DNA of 64,000 bases from an uncultured Bacilli bacterium (GCA_934098565.1 CAKOON010000001.1:300275-364274), one strand, 5' to 3'; positions 26,417 through 36,113 are shown, numbered from the stretch's first letter. Notes: generated from the letters alone by a model not told the origin. Program-made: numbers and translations.

Positions 26417-27374
26417 CTTGACCTCCTATTAAAGATGGTCTAAATTCAACTAACTCTTCTAAATTCTTACTCATTCTTAGATTGCATGGTCTCTTAATAT
26501 TAATAAATCCTAAGTCTTTAATAACCATATCAGTATTAGCCATAATCGTAGTCTCAATATACTCATCAGCTGACTTAAAATTTCTTTTAATTTCAATGTT
26601 ATTATTAAAGTAAGTTGTAATACTATTTTCTCCAAAATTAGCTAAACGGTAAGTATTTTCAATAATGATATTAGTAGCTTCTTTAGTCTGATAAGTTAAG
26701 GGTTTAATTCTTTCTTTATAGTCTAACTTCTTAAGATATTTTTTATCGGTAGTAAAGGGTGTTTCTTTTAAGGAGAAACCTGGAGTATCAGTTAATATTT
26801 TATCTTCAATATAGAGGTTAATAAAATCAAGAGTGGTATTAGGAACTCTACTAGTCGTAATAGTTGGGTTATTCAACATAGTATTAATTAAAGTTGATTT
26901 ACCAGCATTTGTACAACCTAAGACATAAGCTTTTTTTAGATTTAAATCATCCATAATTTTAAGAATTTTATTAACGTTTACCTTTTTTAAAGAACTTAAA
27001 GGATAAACTTCTTCTTTAATTTGATAGACTTCTTTAAAATTTTTTAGATAATTGTTAACTTTGATATTCAAAGGTAAAAGGTCGATTTTGGTTAAAAGAA
27101 GACATTTTCTCGTCTTAATACTATTATAAATAGTGATTACTTCTCTATTAATATTAGTGGCGTCTACTAAGAAGAAACAATATTCATTAGCTTTGTTTAC
27201 AGTACTTATAATTTTTTCGTTATTTTTCTCTGTTTTAGTAGCCGTAAAGTCCCCATAATTAGTTATCCGGAAGCAACGCATACAATATTTATTTTCTAAT
27301 TTAGGTGTATACCCATTCTTATTTTTATCGGTATTTTGCAAAATGGCTCCACAGCCAATACATTTTTTACTCAT
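26409..27374 (-). CDS. yqeH: ribosome biogenesis GTPase YqeH (circularly permuted)
   Basis: N-terminal zinc finger CIGCG...CMRC. Permuted G motifs TKIDLL, then GCTNAGKST, then DTPG. Follows yqeG as in B. subtilis. Confidence 0.85.
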   Translation of the reverse strand: MSKKCIGCGAILQNTDKNKNGYTPKLENKYCMRCFRITNYGDFTATKTEKNNEKIISTVNKANEYCFFLVDATNINREVITIYNSIKTRKCLLLTKIDLLPLNIKVNNYLKNFKEVYQIKEEVYPLSSLKKVNVNKILKIMDDLNLKKAYVLGCTNAGKSTLINTMLNNPTITTSRVPNTTLDFINLYIEDKILTDTPGFSLKETPFTTDKKYLKKLDYKERIKPLTYQTKEATNIIIENTYRLANFGENSITTYFNNNIEIKRNFKSADEYIETTIMANTDMVIKDLGFINIKRPCNLRMSKNLEELVEFRPSLIGGQDE

Positions 27375-27888
27375 AATATTCTCCTTTTGTAAAACGATTT
27401 TTGCGATGAAAATGATTTAAGATTAAGCTTTCTACTATGCGATTTAACTTCGTCCATTTAAAGTCTTCTTTAGTCATCTTATCCACTAAAATAGAAGTAA
27501 AACCCATTCTGTTGGCACCCCAAATATCCGTCATTATTTGGTCCCCAATACAAGCCACTTCACTTAGGTCCCAATTATATTCTTTAAGTATTTTTTTATA
27601 CTTTCTCTTTAACGGTTTCATAGAGAAAGAAAATACGGGAATATCAAGACTTTTCTTAAATAAAGAAACTCTTTTTTGAGGAGAATTACTCATCAAAATA
27701 ACCACAAATTTATTTTTGGCTAAACTTTTTATTAAGTTTTCTACTTCTTTAGTAGTAGTTTTAGCTTTTACAGGAACCAAAGTATTATCTAAATCAAAAA
27801 CAAGACACTTTATTCCCTTGTCTTTTAATTTATCATAATTAATTGTGTAAATATTTTTAGCATAGATATCTGGATAAAAAATATTCAT
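27367..27888 (-). CDS. yqeG: YqeG-family HAD-IIIA phosphatase
   Basis: 173 aa. Motifs FDLDNTL, SNS and GDQIMTD. 8-nt overlap with yqeH. Confidence 0.8.
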   Translation of the reverse strand: MNIFYPDIYAKNIYTINYDKLKDKGIKCLVFDLDNTLVPVKAKTTTKEVENLIKSLAKNKFVVILMSNSPQKRVSLFKKSLDIPVFSFSMKPLKRKYKKILKEYNWDLSEVACIGDQIMTDIWGANRMGFTSILVDKMTKEDFKWTKLNRIVESLILNHFHRKNRFTKGEYYE

Positions 27889-28005
27889 AGCAACACTCTT
27901 TTCTTATCAATCAAGAAGTATTATAGCATACAACATACTTTTACAAAAGAAAAAAGAACCCATTTATAGGAAAAATCAAGACAAAACAATCTGGAAAATC
28001 TGATT

Positions 28006-28040
28006 TAAAAAGAACCTAGAATTAACACTCTAAGTTCTTT
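28006..28040 (-). terminator. intrinsic terminator after the VanZ-like gene
   Basis: Minus-strand RNA AGAACUUAGA-GUGUUAAU-UCUAGGUUCU followed by UUUUU. Confidence 0.5.
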
Positions 28041-28042
28041 TA

Positions 28043-29305
28043 CTATTTAATTTTATTAATTATTACTTTTAAATCTTTAGTTGTTGTCACTTCGTATTTT
28101 TGATATTCTATTACCCCTGATTTTTCTATTTTGAAGGTAATCAGGGTTTTTCCTTCATTCTTAGGAATAACAAAATAGTAATTTTCTTCAGCGTTGTCGA
28201 CATTGATAGCTCTACTATGAATTTTTAAAGAAATATTATCGTTATCTAAATCATAGCTAATATCATCCGGGCTATAATTAGTCTCTAAGACTAAGTCTTC
28301 ATACTTACTTTCTTTAATAAAGTATTCATCATCTAATCTACTAGCCGAAAATCTATTATCAAGACTAGGATTAGCAATTATATCTTTAATTAAATACCTA
28401 GTTGTCGGATGAAACCATAAGAATTCACTTCTATATTCTAAATATAAGTCATCATTATTACTACAAGCATAATAGTAATTATAATATTCACTATTAAGAG
28501 CATAAGTTTTAATGTTATCGCAAGGTGTTTCTTTAACGACTTCCCATTCAAAACCAGCTGGTCTAAAAAAGTAATCGTAGACTAAAAGGAAACATAAAAT
28601 CAGAAAGGGAATGGCAATTAAAAGAGAAAAAATATAATCTCGTTTTGAAATTTTCTCATGTTTAAAATTAAAAATATTATCAAGAACTTTTGTTAAAGCA
28701 CTTTTATTAAATAACGGATAAAAGACTATAGGACCCATAGTATTTAAGATGATATCATCAATATCAAAGACCCCTACTCCACATAAAAATTGAAAAGTTT
28801 CAAGAATTATTGCCGTTAAAAAACAAGCACCAGTCGTCTTAAAGAAATTATTTTTCTTAATATTTTTAGCATAAAGATAAGTTAAAGGAGTTAAAAGTAA
28901 AAAGTTACCAATAAGTAAAGAAAGACTATCATAGTTGCCTTCATTAAAAGAAGCTTTAAGGTCTTTAAAAGTATTAATAACGGGGACAAGATTTACTTCA
29001 GCGTGCCAAACATTTCTAAAATCACGCAAGATATTATGACCTCTAAAAAGACTAGTTGCTAAGAAAACAAAGGCTATATAAAGGAAAAGATAAGTTTTAA
29101 GCATTTTTGGTATACCCGTATAATCATTATCTTCTTTAACAAGATGATAATTTTCCAAATAAGTCATAAGGCCAATTCCCACCAGATTAAAAGCTAAAAA
29201 GATAACATTGCCCCCGACGCTAAAAATAGCAACCCCAAGTGTATAAACAATCAAGAAACCAAGCCAATAGTTGGCAATTTTTTTAAATAATAAACTCTTT
29301 TTCAC
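28043..29305 (-). CDS. VanZ-like membrane protein with an extra C-terminal extracytoplasmic domain
   Basis: 420 aa. About 6 TM helices, with a VanZ-like core (NLVPVINTF...). The C-terminal ~170 aa is soluble and of unknown fold. Confidence 0.55.
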   Translation of the reverse strand: MKKSLLFKKIANYWLGFLIVYTLGVAIFSVGGNVIFLAFNLVGIGLMTYLENYHLVKEDNDYTGIPKMLKTYLFLYIAFVFLATSLFRGHNILRDFRNVWHAEVNLVPVINTFKDLKASFNEGNYDSLSLLIGNFLLLTPLTYLYAKNIKKNNFFKTTGACFLTAIILETFQFLCGVGVFDIDDIILNTMGPIVFYPLFNKSALTKVLDNIFNFKHEKISKRDYIFSLLIAIPFLILCFLLVYDYFFRPAGFEWEVVKETPCDNIKTYALNSEYYNYYYACSNNDDLYLEYRSEFLWFHPTTRYLIKDIIANPSLDNRFSASRLDDEYFIKESKYEDLVLETNYSPDDISYDLDNDNISLKIHSRAINVDNAEENYYFVIPKNEGKTLITFKIEKSGVIEYQKYEVTTTKDLKVIINKIK

Positions 29306-29315
29306 AAGAAACCTC

Positions 29316-30239
29316 CTAATTATTAAGACTCACTAGATACATCTCTAAAGCTAAATTCTTATCTATCTTGCCAGATTTTATATCTAAGTCAATTTGTGCT
29401 AACTTAACCAGTTCATCTTCTAAAGATTTTCTAGTATAATTAGTACAATTCTTAAGAAGTTTATCTTGTTGCCACTTCTGCAAATTTAAAGCATTTAGAT
29501 AAGTAGCTTGATTTTTACTATGATAAGCCTCTTCTACTAGAAGCATATTTCGATATTCTCTAGCTAGCATATTAAAGATAATAAAGGGCTCAATTTTTTG
29601 GATTTTAAAGTCTTCTAGCATTTTAAAAACTTGGATGTAATTGCCAGCAATAACATAGTCGACAAAACGAAACAAATTATCATCTAAAGATAGCGATGTC
29701 AAAGCTTTGATATCACTACTAACAAACTTACAAGGATTATTATAGTACAGACAAATTTTGTTGACATTATTCATAGCTATATCAAAGTTATTTAGAGAAA
29801 CATCAATGATATATTTAGCATCTTCATAAGAAATAGTATAGCCAAGATTTTTTACTTCTTCCATCAATTTAGAAGTCGCATCACTAGCATACATCGGCTT
29901 CAAAAGAATAGTATGTGCTTTAGTCTTCATCAAATTAACTATTTTTAATTTTTCATTAACTTTATCAGTAATAAAGATTAAGGTTGTATTGGAATTAGGA
30001 TTTTCTAAGTATTTTTCTAGTAACTTGGTAGCAGTATCATTTTTTTCGCTAAAACAAGTAGCATTCTTCACAATAATATTTTTCTTACTAGCAAATAAAT
30101 CATTATAACTAGCTTCAATAATTATTTCTTCCATTGTACTTGTTAAGTAATCAACTTTAGTATACTCTTCTTCACCAATTATCTTAGTTATTTCTTTATT
30201 AATTAAGTAATTAGATGTTCCTGAAATTAAGTAGTTCAT
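29316..30239 (-). CDS. holA: DNA polymerase III delta subunit
   Basis: 307 aa. Size and position (downstream of comEC, as in B. subtilis yqeN/holA) fit, and the delta-like helical C-terminus is present. Sequence similarity judged by eye only. Confidence 0.75.
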   Translation of the reverse strand: MNYLISGTSNYLINKEITKIIGEEEYTKVDYLTSTMEEIIIEASYNDLFASKKNIIVKNATCFSEKNDTATKLLEKYLENPNSNTTLIFITDKVNEKLKIVNLMKTKAHTILLKPMYASDATSKLMEEVKNLGYTISYEDAKYIIDVSLNNFDIAMNNVNKICLYYNNPCKFVSSDIKALTSLSLDDNLFRFVDYVIAGNYIQVFKMLEDFKIQKIEPFIIFNMLAREYRNMLLVEEAYHSKNQATYLNALNLQKWQQDKLLKNCTNYTRKSLEDELVKLAQIDLDIKSGKIDKNLALEMYLVSLNN

Positions 30240-30304
30240 ATTAGGTCTCCTTGTCTTTATTCTAGCATTAAATGGTTTTAAATACTATATCTTTAAACGA
30301 AATT

Positions 30305-30964
30305 TTATCTTTCTTTTTTATTATTTAAAACCCAAGCAGTTGCTTCTAGAAAAATATCATCTGTCTTATTAACAAGATAATCATTATCCGTAAGCAAATG
30401 GTTAATTTCAGGCTTGGAATAATTATTTAAAATATAGTTAACTATCGTATAGGCAAAACCATAACTGCCATAACCGTATCCATTAAAGTCTTTCTTTAAT
30501 CTAGCAAAATCACATGATCTTAAATCCATAATTTCATAATCCTGATGGGCTAGATTAGTTGCTACCCCCTCACGAAACCAGATATTTTCACGCGTAATTT
30601 TAGATACTTCGTTATTACAAGCATGGATGAATTCATGCATAATCATTTCTAACATTTCCTCTAAATTGGTATCCTTATGACTGGTATATTTTAACTGATC
30701 TTCTAAAGTTAAAATTACAATTGTGTTGCTTTTAACATCAGTGTCCCCTCTCACGTAATCTTGAATTAGGCCATATTTTTTGGCAATAAAAGCTCTAAAA
30801 TCTGGATATTCAAGAATTTTTATTTGATACTTCTTTGGCAATTTACTAAGACCAAAAAAATCTAAAATTGATTGTTCATTTTCTTGTAAATAGCTTACTA
30901 TATCAGTGAAATAATCTAATTTAATTTCACTTGTAATCACAAAATTATCTAATTCCTGGTACAT
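30305..30964 (-). CDS. gluzincin-type metallopeptidase-like protein (Peptidase_MA_2-like)
   Basis: 219 aa. HEFIH followed ~18 aa later by WFREG (HExxH...E). No signal peptide. Confidence 0.55.
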   Translation of the reverse strand: MYQELDNFVITSEIKLDYFTDIVSYLQENEQSILDFFGLSKLPKKYQIKILEYPDFRAFIAKKYGLIQDYVRGDTDVKSNTIVILTLEDQLKYTSHKDTNLEEMLEMIMHEFIHACNNEVSKITRENIWFREGVATNLAHQDYEIMDLRSCDFARLKKDFNGYGYGSYGFAYTIVNYILNNYSKPEINHLLTDNDYLVNKTDDIFLEATAWVLNNKKER

Positions 30965-31473
30965 ATTCTTCTAACTCCTCAATGTCGTTTTCAATTATAT
31001 GATATTCTTTAAAAATACTTTTTCTTCTCTTAATAATATTTTTAAAACGTGATATTCTACCAATTATAGGACAATGTTTTTCAATTTCTAACTTCAAAAA
31101 GTAGGAAGTCGGATAATCTCTTTTAACCGCTCTTAAAAAGCATTTTAATACACCAGTTCTTTTAGCTACTACTGTACCTTTAAGTTTAGTAATAGGCTTA
31201 ATATCGTAGATGACATTACCCTCAATAATGAGATTTTTATTATATTCTTTAGTAAAACTCACTATTTCATCATAGCAAATTCTAAACTTTTCTCCTGCTT
31301 TGTAATGAGTTTTTTCTGAAATATATTCTTTAATATGCTGTAGTATAGTTTTGCCCTACTGTCGTTTCAACTGAATTATTTTCTAACTCCGCTATTCTTT
31401 TGTTAACAAACTCAACGGTATCTTTATCTGTTTTAAGGCTAAATATTATTTTATTAATTTCTTCTTTCGTCAT
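30945..31473 (-). pseudogene. probable frameshifted gene (two overlapping reading frames), unknown function
   Basis: ORF MTKEEINK...VGQNYTTAY* (31330-31473) overlaps a second frame that is open from 31355 down to 30945 and has no ATG until the GTG at 31262. One indel near GGGCAAAAC would fuse them. Confidence 0.4.
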
Positions 31474-31498
31474 ATAATTACATTCCATGGATATTATA

Positions 31499-31746
31499 TC
31501 ATACTAATTCATATTCTCTTGCAATTATTCTCTCATCAGAGCAATATTTAATTACATATTTATTATCTTGTTTGCAAATAATAATTCCTACTGTATCATT
31601 TTCTTCAATAGTTTTTATATTCTTATCTATATAATTCATATAAGTCATAATTTGTTCAGTATGCTCTTTCTTATTGAATAACTTTTAACTTTTCTTTTTA
31701 TTTCATTATTTATTAATTCATTTTTAATTTCATTATAATAGTTCAT
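31499..31746 (-). pseudogene. remnant of a DUF1016/YhcG-family PDDEXK nuclease gene (internal deletion)
   Basis: Two tiny ORFs. MNYYNEIKNELINNEIKRKVKSYSIRKS matches the family N-terminus. MTYMNYIDKNIKTIEENDTVGIIICKQDNKYVIKYCSDERIIAREYELV matches the family C-terminus. The ~250-aa middle is missing. Confidence 0.6.
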
Positions 31747-31757
31747 GTTACTCCTTC

Positions 31758-33839
31758 CTACGGACTATAAGTCTCTATTTTTAATTCATTATTTTTAATC
31801 TTAAACATAATACTACCATCTTCATCGGTTCTGTATATTTTTGAGTTATTCAGATTATCTAATACTTCTTTATTGGGATGACCATAACGATTATTCTTTC
31901 CCACACTAATTATAGAGTACTTAGGATTTATTTCATTAATAAACTCTTTACTACTACTTGTTTTACTACCATGATGGCCTACTTTTAAGATGGTTATCTT
32001 TTCTAGATTATATTTCTTTATAATATCTGTCTCTCTAGTATTTGAAGCATCACCCATATATAGAAAAGTATAATCTAAATACTTAAAATAAGTTACTAGA
32101 GAGTTATCGTTTTCATTGTCATATAGACTACTATTTAAAAAATTAAATGTATAGTAAAGTGTTTTTAAAGACTTTAAACCTTTATAGTAATTTATTTTCT
32201 TTTGTTCTAATTTAAGTTTTAAAGACTCTTCTAAATCATCATAAGTATCATAATTAAAATAAACATTCTTTATCTTAAAATTATCGACTAGATAAGTAGC
32301 ATTACCAATATGATCATAATCACCATGACTAATAAGTAAATTATCTATTTTCTTAATATTAAGACTATGCATAAATCTAATGATGTTTTTAATCGTATAG
32401 TTATTAGTATCCCTAGTTAGACCACCCGTATCAATCATTGTGACGTCTTTCTTCTTAGGACTTATAATAAGACTACAATCTCCTTGATTAACATCTAGAT
32501 AATAGATATTTAAACTAGTTATAGAGTTATATTTTAAAGGATATAAACATAAGATAAAAGTAGTTATTAAATAGTAATAAATATTCTGATATTTAGAAAG
32601 AAGATAAATACTTATATAGTAAATAATAATTACTAAAATACTCATTTTAGGAAAGATAATATTAAGACTAATCTGACTAAAAAGAAAAGTAAGGAATTCT
32701 AAGATAGTTATTAAAACTTTTAGAAGAGGTAAAAGAAAAGGAAAGATAAAGGTTAAGAGACAACAAGGATAAAAGATAATACTAATAAAGGGAACATAAA
32801 TTAGGTTATAGATAGGACTCAGCAAGTTATAAGTATAATTTAAAGAGATACTTATCGGTAAAGACCAAAGGGTTGCTATTAGAGTGGTTTTAAGGGCCTT
32901 TAGAATTTTATTCTTCGTTTGATCATTAAAATACAAAAGACCAAAGGTACATAAAGAAGAATAAAGAAATCCTATATCATAAAGAAAATGGGGATTTATT
33001 AGAAGTAAAAAACTAGTACTTAGGATTAACACTTGATATGTTGGTAAATCTATCTTTTCCTTGAAGATAATAGGTAAAAGATGTATAAAGATATAAAGAG
33101 TCAAGGCTCTTAGGATACTAGCCGGAAAGTTTATTAGAGAAGCATAAAAAGTAAGAAAGATAATGATAAGAAGAGTTCTAATATGCGGAAGAACTTTTAG
33201 TTTCTTTAAAAGATGTTCTAGTAACAGAGTAAATATTTGTAAATGAAGCCCAGAAATAGCAAAAAGATGAATAACTCCTAAGTTAGCTAGAGTCTCATAA
33301 GTATCTTGGTCTATCTCTTTTTTTCCATAGATTAACATAGTTAAATAACCAGTATCATCAAGAGACTTAGTTCTTTGGTAAAGAAAATTTTGAACTTGGT
33401 AATAAGGATTAGTATTTTTCTTTAGAAGAGTAATATCTTCAATCGCAAATAGATAATATATTTCTTTATGATAAAGATATTCTTGATAGTTAAAAGTATT
33501 AGGAATAGTATTCTTACTAGGAAATTTTAATTTTCCTTTTAAAGTTATGATATCTCCAAGAGTAATATCAGGTATCTTCGTACTTTGATCCAAATACTTA
33601 GTAGCTAGAATTTTTTCTTTCTTCTTATCTTTAGTAGTCATAATAGTATAAGTTATCTTATCAGTCTTTACTTGATAATCTATAATATAACCTGTTAGAT
33701 TGGTTTCATTAATATCATAGATAGAAGCATTTCTTTGGATAGCACTTCTAAAATAAGCTAGAAAAACAACTAAGATAAAAAGAAGTAAAATAGTAAAATT
33801 AGATAGTAATGTTGTCTTTGATTTTAGCAAATAAAGCAT
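31758..33839 (-). CDS. comEC: DNA internalization competence protein ComEC/Rec2
   Basis: 693 aa. Polytopic competence domain plus a C-terminal metallo-beta-lactamase domain (SHGDYDHIG, VGHHGS). Confidence 0.9.
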   Translation of the reverse strand: MLYLLKSKTTLLSNFTILLLFILVVFLAYFRSAIQRNASIYDINETNLTGYIIDYQVKTDKITYTIMTTKDKKKEKILATKYLDQSTKIPDITLGDIITLKGKLKFPSKNTIPNTFNYQEYLYHKEIYYLFAIEDITLLKKNTNPYYQVQNFLYQRTKSLDDTGYLTMLIYGKKEIDQDTYETLANLGVIHLFAISGLHLQIFTLLLEHLLKKLKVLPHIRTLLIIIFLTFYASLINFPASILRALTLYIFIHLLPIIFKEKIDLPTYQVLILSTSFLLLINPHFLYDIGFLYSSLCTFGLLYFNDQTKNKILKALKTTLIATLWSLPISISLNYTYNLLSPIYNLIYVPFISIIFYPCCLLTFIFPFLLPLLKVLITILEFLTFLFSQISLNIIFPKMSILVIIIYYISIYLLSKYQNIYYYLITTFILCLYPLKYNSITSLNIYYLDVNQGDCSLIISPKKKDVTMIDTGGLTRDTNNYTIKNIIRFMHSLNIKKIDNLLISHGDYDHIGNATYLVDNFKIKNVYFNYDTYDDLEESLKLKLEQKKINYYKGLKSLKTLYYTFNFLNSSLYDNENDNSLVTYFKYLDYTFLYMGDASNTRETDIIKKYNLEKITILKVGHHGSKTSSSKEFINEINPKYSIISVGKNNRYGHPNKEVLDNLNNSKIYRTDEDGSIMFKIKNNELKIETYSP

Positions 33840-34506
33840 CTCCTATCCCCGAAATATTTTTTATTTCTTCAATAGTCTTAAAGGAACCGTTAGTATTTCG
33901 ATAGTCAATAATATCTTGGGCTTTTGCCTCGCCGATTCCACTTAGTTTAGTTAGTTCTTCTTTGGAAGCTGTATTAAGATTGATTTTTAAGTTTAGAGTT
34001 GCACTGGATGTATCATTAGAAGTATTACTATTATCAGGAATAGCTGCATTATTAGGAATTTCGGTCGTAGTGGTGGTTGTCTTATCGGTTGTACTTTTAA
34101 TAACTTCATTTTTCTTAGGAACATAAATAACCATCGCCGCACTTACGGGCTTACTTAAGTTTATTGTCGTCGTATCCGCATTCTTAAGAAGTCCACCAGC
34201 TAATTTTAGACAGTCATTAACTATCGAGGTTTTACTTACTTCGTAGACACCTGGTTTTTTAACATAGCCTTTAATATCAACATAATACTTTTCTTCGGGA
34301 ATACTTTCTAATTCTTTAGTTTCTTCTTTACTACTCTCTTCTAAAGAATTATCTAGTAGAGTAACAGTTTCTTTAGAATATTGATTACTTAAATAGTAAG
34401 TATTATAAAGACTAAATCCTAAAGAAGTTAAACTTAAAAGAAACATAATAATTAAAAGAAAATATTTCTGCAAAAAAGACTTTACTAAGTCAAAATAAAA
34501 ATTCAT
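33799..34506 (-). CDS. comEA: competence protein ComEA (DNA receptor)
   Basis: N-terminal TM, SLBB-like VDIKGYVKKPGVYEV, and a C-terminal double HhH (NLNTASKEELTKLSGIGEAKAQDII...ISGIG). Confidence 0.85.
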   Translation of the reverse strand: MNFYFDLVKSFLQKYFLLIIMFLLSLTSLGFSLYNTYYLSNQYSKETVTLLDNSLEESSKEETKELESIPEEKYYVDIKGYVKKPGVYEVSKTSIVNDCLKLAGGLLKNADTTTINLSKPVSAAMVIYVPKKNEVIKSTTDKTTTTTTEIPNNAAIPDNSNTSNDTSSATLNLKINLNTASKEELTKLSGIGEAKAQDIIDYRNTNGSFKTIEEIKNISGIGDALFAKIKDNITI

Positions 34507-34566
34507 GATTTATCACCTCCTATATATATTATTAGAGATAACTCACGAATTTTTTTCAAAAATTGA

Positions 34567-35727
34567 CTATAAACTGATAATTTTTGCTCTTAATTTACTA
34601 TTTTTAGTCGCAACGGCTATTTTTTCGGTAATTCCAATCATAACAATGGCGTTGATAGCGAATGATCCACCATAACTAAAGAATGGTAAGGGAACACCGG
34701 TTAGGGGCATGAGTCCTAAGACGCCTAAAAGGTTAACAAGAATATGAAGACCAAGATAGCATGCTGTTCCATAGGCAATTAGACTATTACTAACAGTTAA
34801 AGCATTTTTCGCAATTTTAAGAATTTCTTTTAACATGATAACGTAGCCCAAAATAATGGCAACTCCAGTAACTAGTCCTAACTCCTCTACTATGATGGGA
34901 AAAATAAAATCAGTATGAGCTTCGGGTAGATATAGATATTTTTGAGTGGAATTGCCAAACCCCAAGCCAAAGAGACCACCGTTTTTTATAGCAATATAGC
35001 CGTTACAAACTTGATAACCAAGGCGTTCATTTCTCTTCTCACTACTACAGGGTGCTAAAAAGGAAAAACGGGATAATTGATAATCGGTAAATATTTTATC
35101 TTTAAAAGCAACGCAAAGGCTAGCACCGATAAGGCCAACTACTAAAAGCCAAAGACTAGCTTGATGACGATTTTTCTTAGGCATCGGTACGCTTAAGAAT
35201 ATCATTAAAGATAAGGCACCAACAATAATAGCGCTCCCTAAATCGGGTTGTTTTAAGACTAAAAGAGCAATTACCATGGCAACACATAAAGGTAAAAAAT
35301 AAATAATCGTCCTAGACTCTTTTTTCTTTACTAATTTTTCATAAGATGTCGCTAGATAGATAATAATAATAGACTTAGCAAACTCCGCCGGCTGGAGATT
35401 AAAGAACCCTAAATCGTACCATCCCTTAGTACCATTAGTAATTTTACCGGCAAGAAGCAGTCCTACTAGTGAAGCTCCAATTCCTATCACTAAGGGATAC
35501 GAAAAGTACTTATAGGATCCTAAAGGAAATCTAGTTACAATAATAGTAACGAAGATACTAATAATTAAAATACCTACTTGTCTTAGAAAATAATAATTAC
35601 TAGCCACTCCCTGTTTTAAGACCGTTAAGACACTAGAAGCACTATAAATCATAATACATCCTAAGATTGAATAAAGAATAGTAAGTCCCAAAAGAGATAG
35701 ATTCATTTTTGATAAAAGCTTTTTCAT
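34567..35727 (-). CDS. SEDS-family peptidoglycan polymerase (FtsW/RodA/SpoVE)
   Basis: 386 aa, about 10 TM helices. Motifs QPDLGSA, HTDFIFP and SYGGS. Confidence 0.9.
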   Translation of the reverse strand: MKKLLSKMNLSLLGLTILYSILGCIMIYSASSVLTVLKQGVASNYYFLRQVGILIISIFVTIIVTRFPLGSYKYFSYPLVIGIGASLVGLLLAGKITNGTKGWYDLGFFNLQPAEFAKSIIIIYLATSYEKLVKKKESRTIIYFLPLCVAMVIALLVLKQPDLGSAIIVGALSLMIFLSVPMPKKNRHQASLWLLVVGLIGASLCVAFKDKIFTDYQLSRFSFLAPCSSEKRNERLGYQVCNGYIAIKNGGLFGLGFGNSTQKYLYLPEAHTDFIFPIIVEELGLVTGVAIILGYVIMLKEILKIAKNALTVSNSLIAYGTACYLGLHILVNLLGVLGLMPLTGVPLPFFSYGGSFAINAIVMIGITEKIAVATKNSKLRAKIISL

Positions 35728-35845
35728 AATATCCTCCTACAATATAATAGCATAAATTAAACTCATTTTGTTTTCTAGTTCATCTATTGTGTCAAAAAAA
35801 ATGTCAACCCATAAAATATAATAGATACATAAAGGAGGTATAAGT

Positions 35846-36031
35846 ATGTATTATTATGGAAATAATGGCTACTACGGCGGCTACGGTTATCAAAATCCTT
35901 GTAGTACTTATGTTGGTACCACTGCCGGCTATGGTTATGGCTATGGCGCTGCTATTTGGATTGTTCTATTTATTCTTTTAGTAATCATCATCGGGGCCGG
36001 CTGGACTTTTGGTGGTAATAATAATCGTTAG
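35846..36031 (+). CDS. tiny Gly/Tyr-rich membrane protein (YjcZ-like sporulation protein family by eye)
   Basis: 61 aa. A GYGYGYG-rich head then a TM helix (IWIVLFILLVIIIGAGW). Strong RBS AAGGAGG. Confidence 0.55.
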   Translation: MYYYGNNGYYGGYGYQNPCSTYVGTTAGYGYGYGAAIWIVLFILLVIIIGAGWTFGGNNNR

Positions 36032-36113
36032 AGAGTTTTCTCTCTTTTTTCTTTTATCTCTTTATTTTTGAGTTTTTTTTTGGTAAAATACCTATGAATG
36101 TGGGGTGGAATTA

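Noticed and set aside
27437-27679. 80-aa ORF antisense to yqeG
   Set aside because: Same reasoning: it lies within a conserved HAD phosphatase gene.
35790-35830. Sigma-K-like -10 (CATAAAATA) upstream of the YjcZ-like gene
   Set aside because: No AC -35 element sits at the expected ~17-bp distance. In such AT-rich DNA a CATA-N3-TA match is expected by chance.
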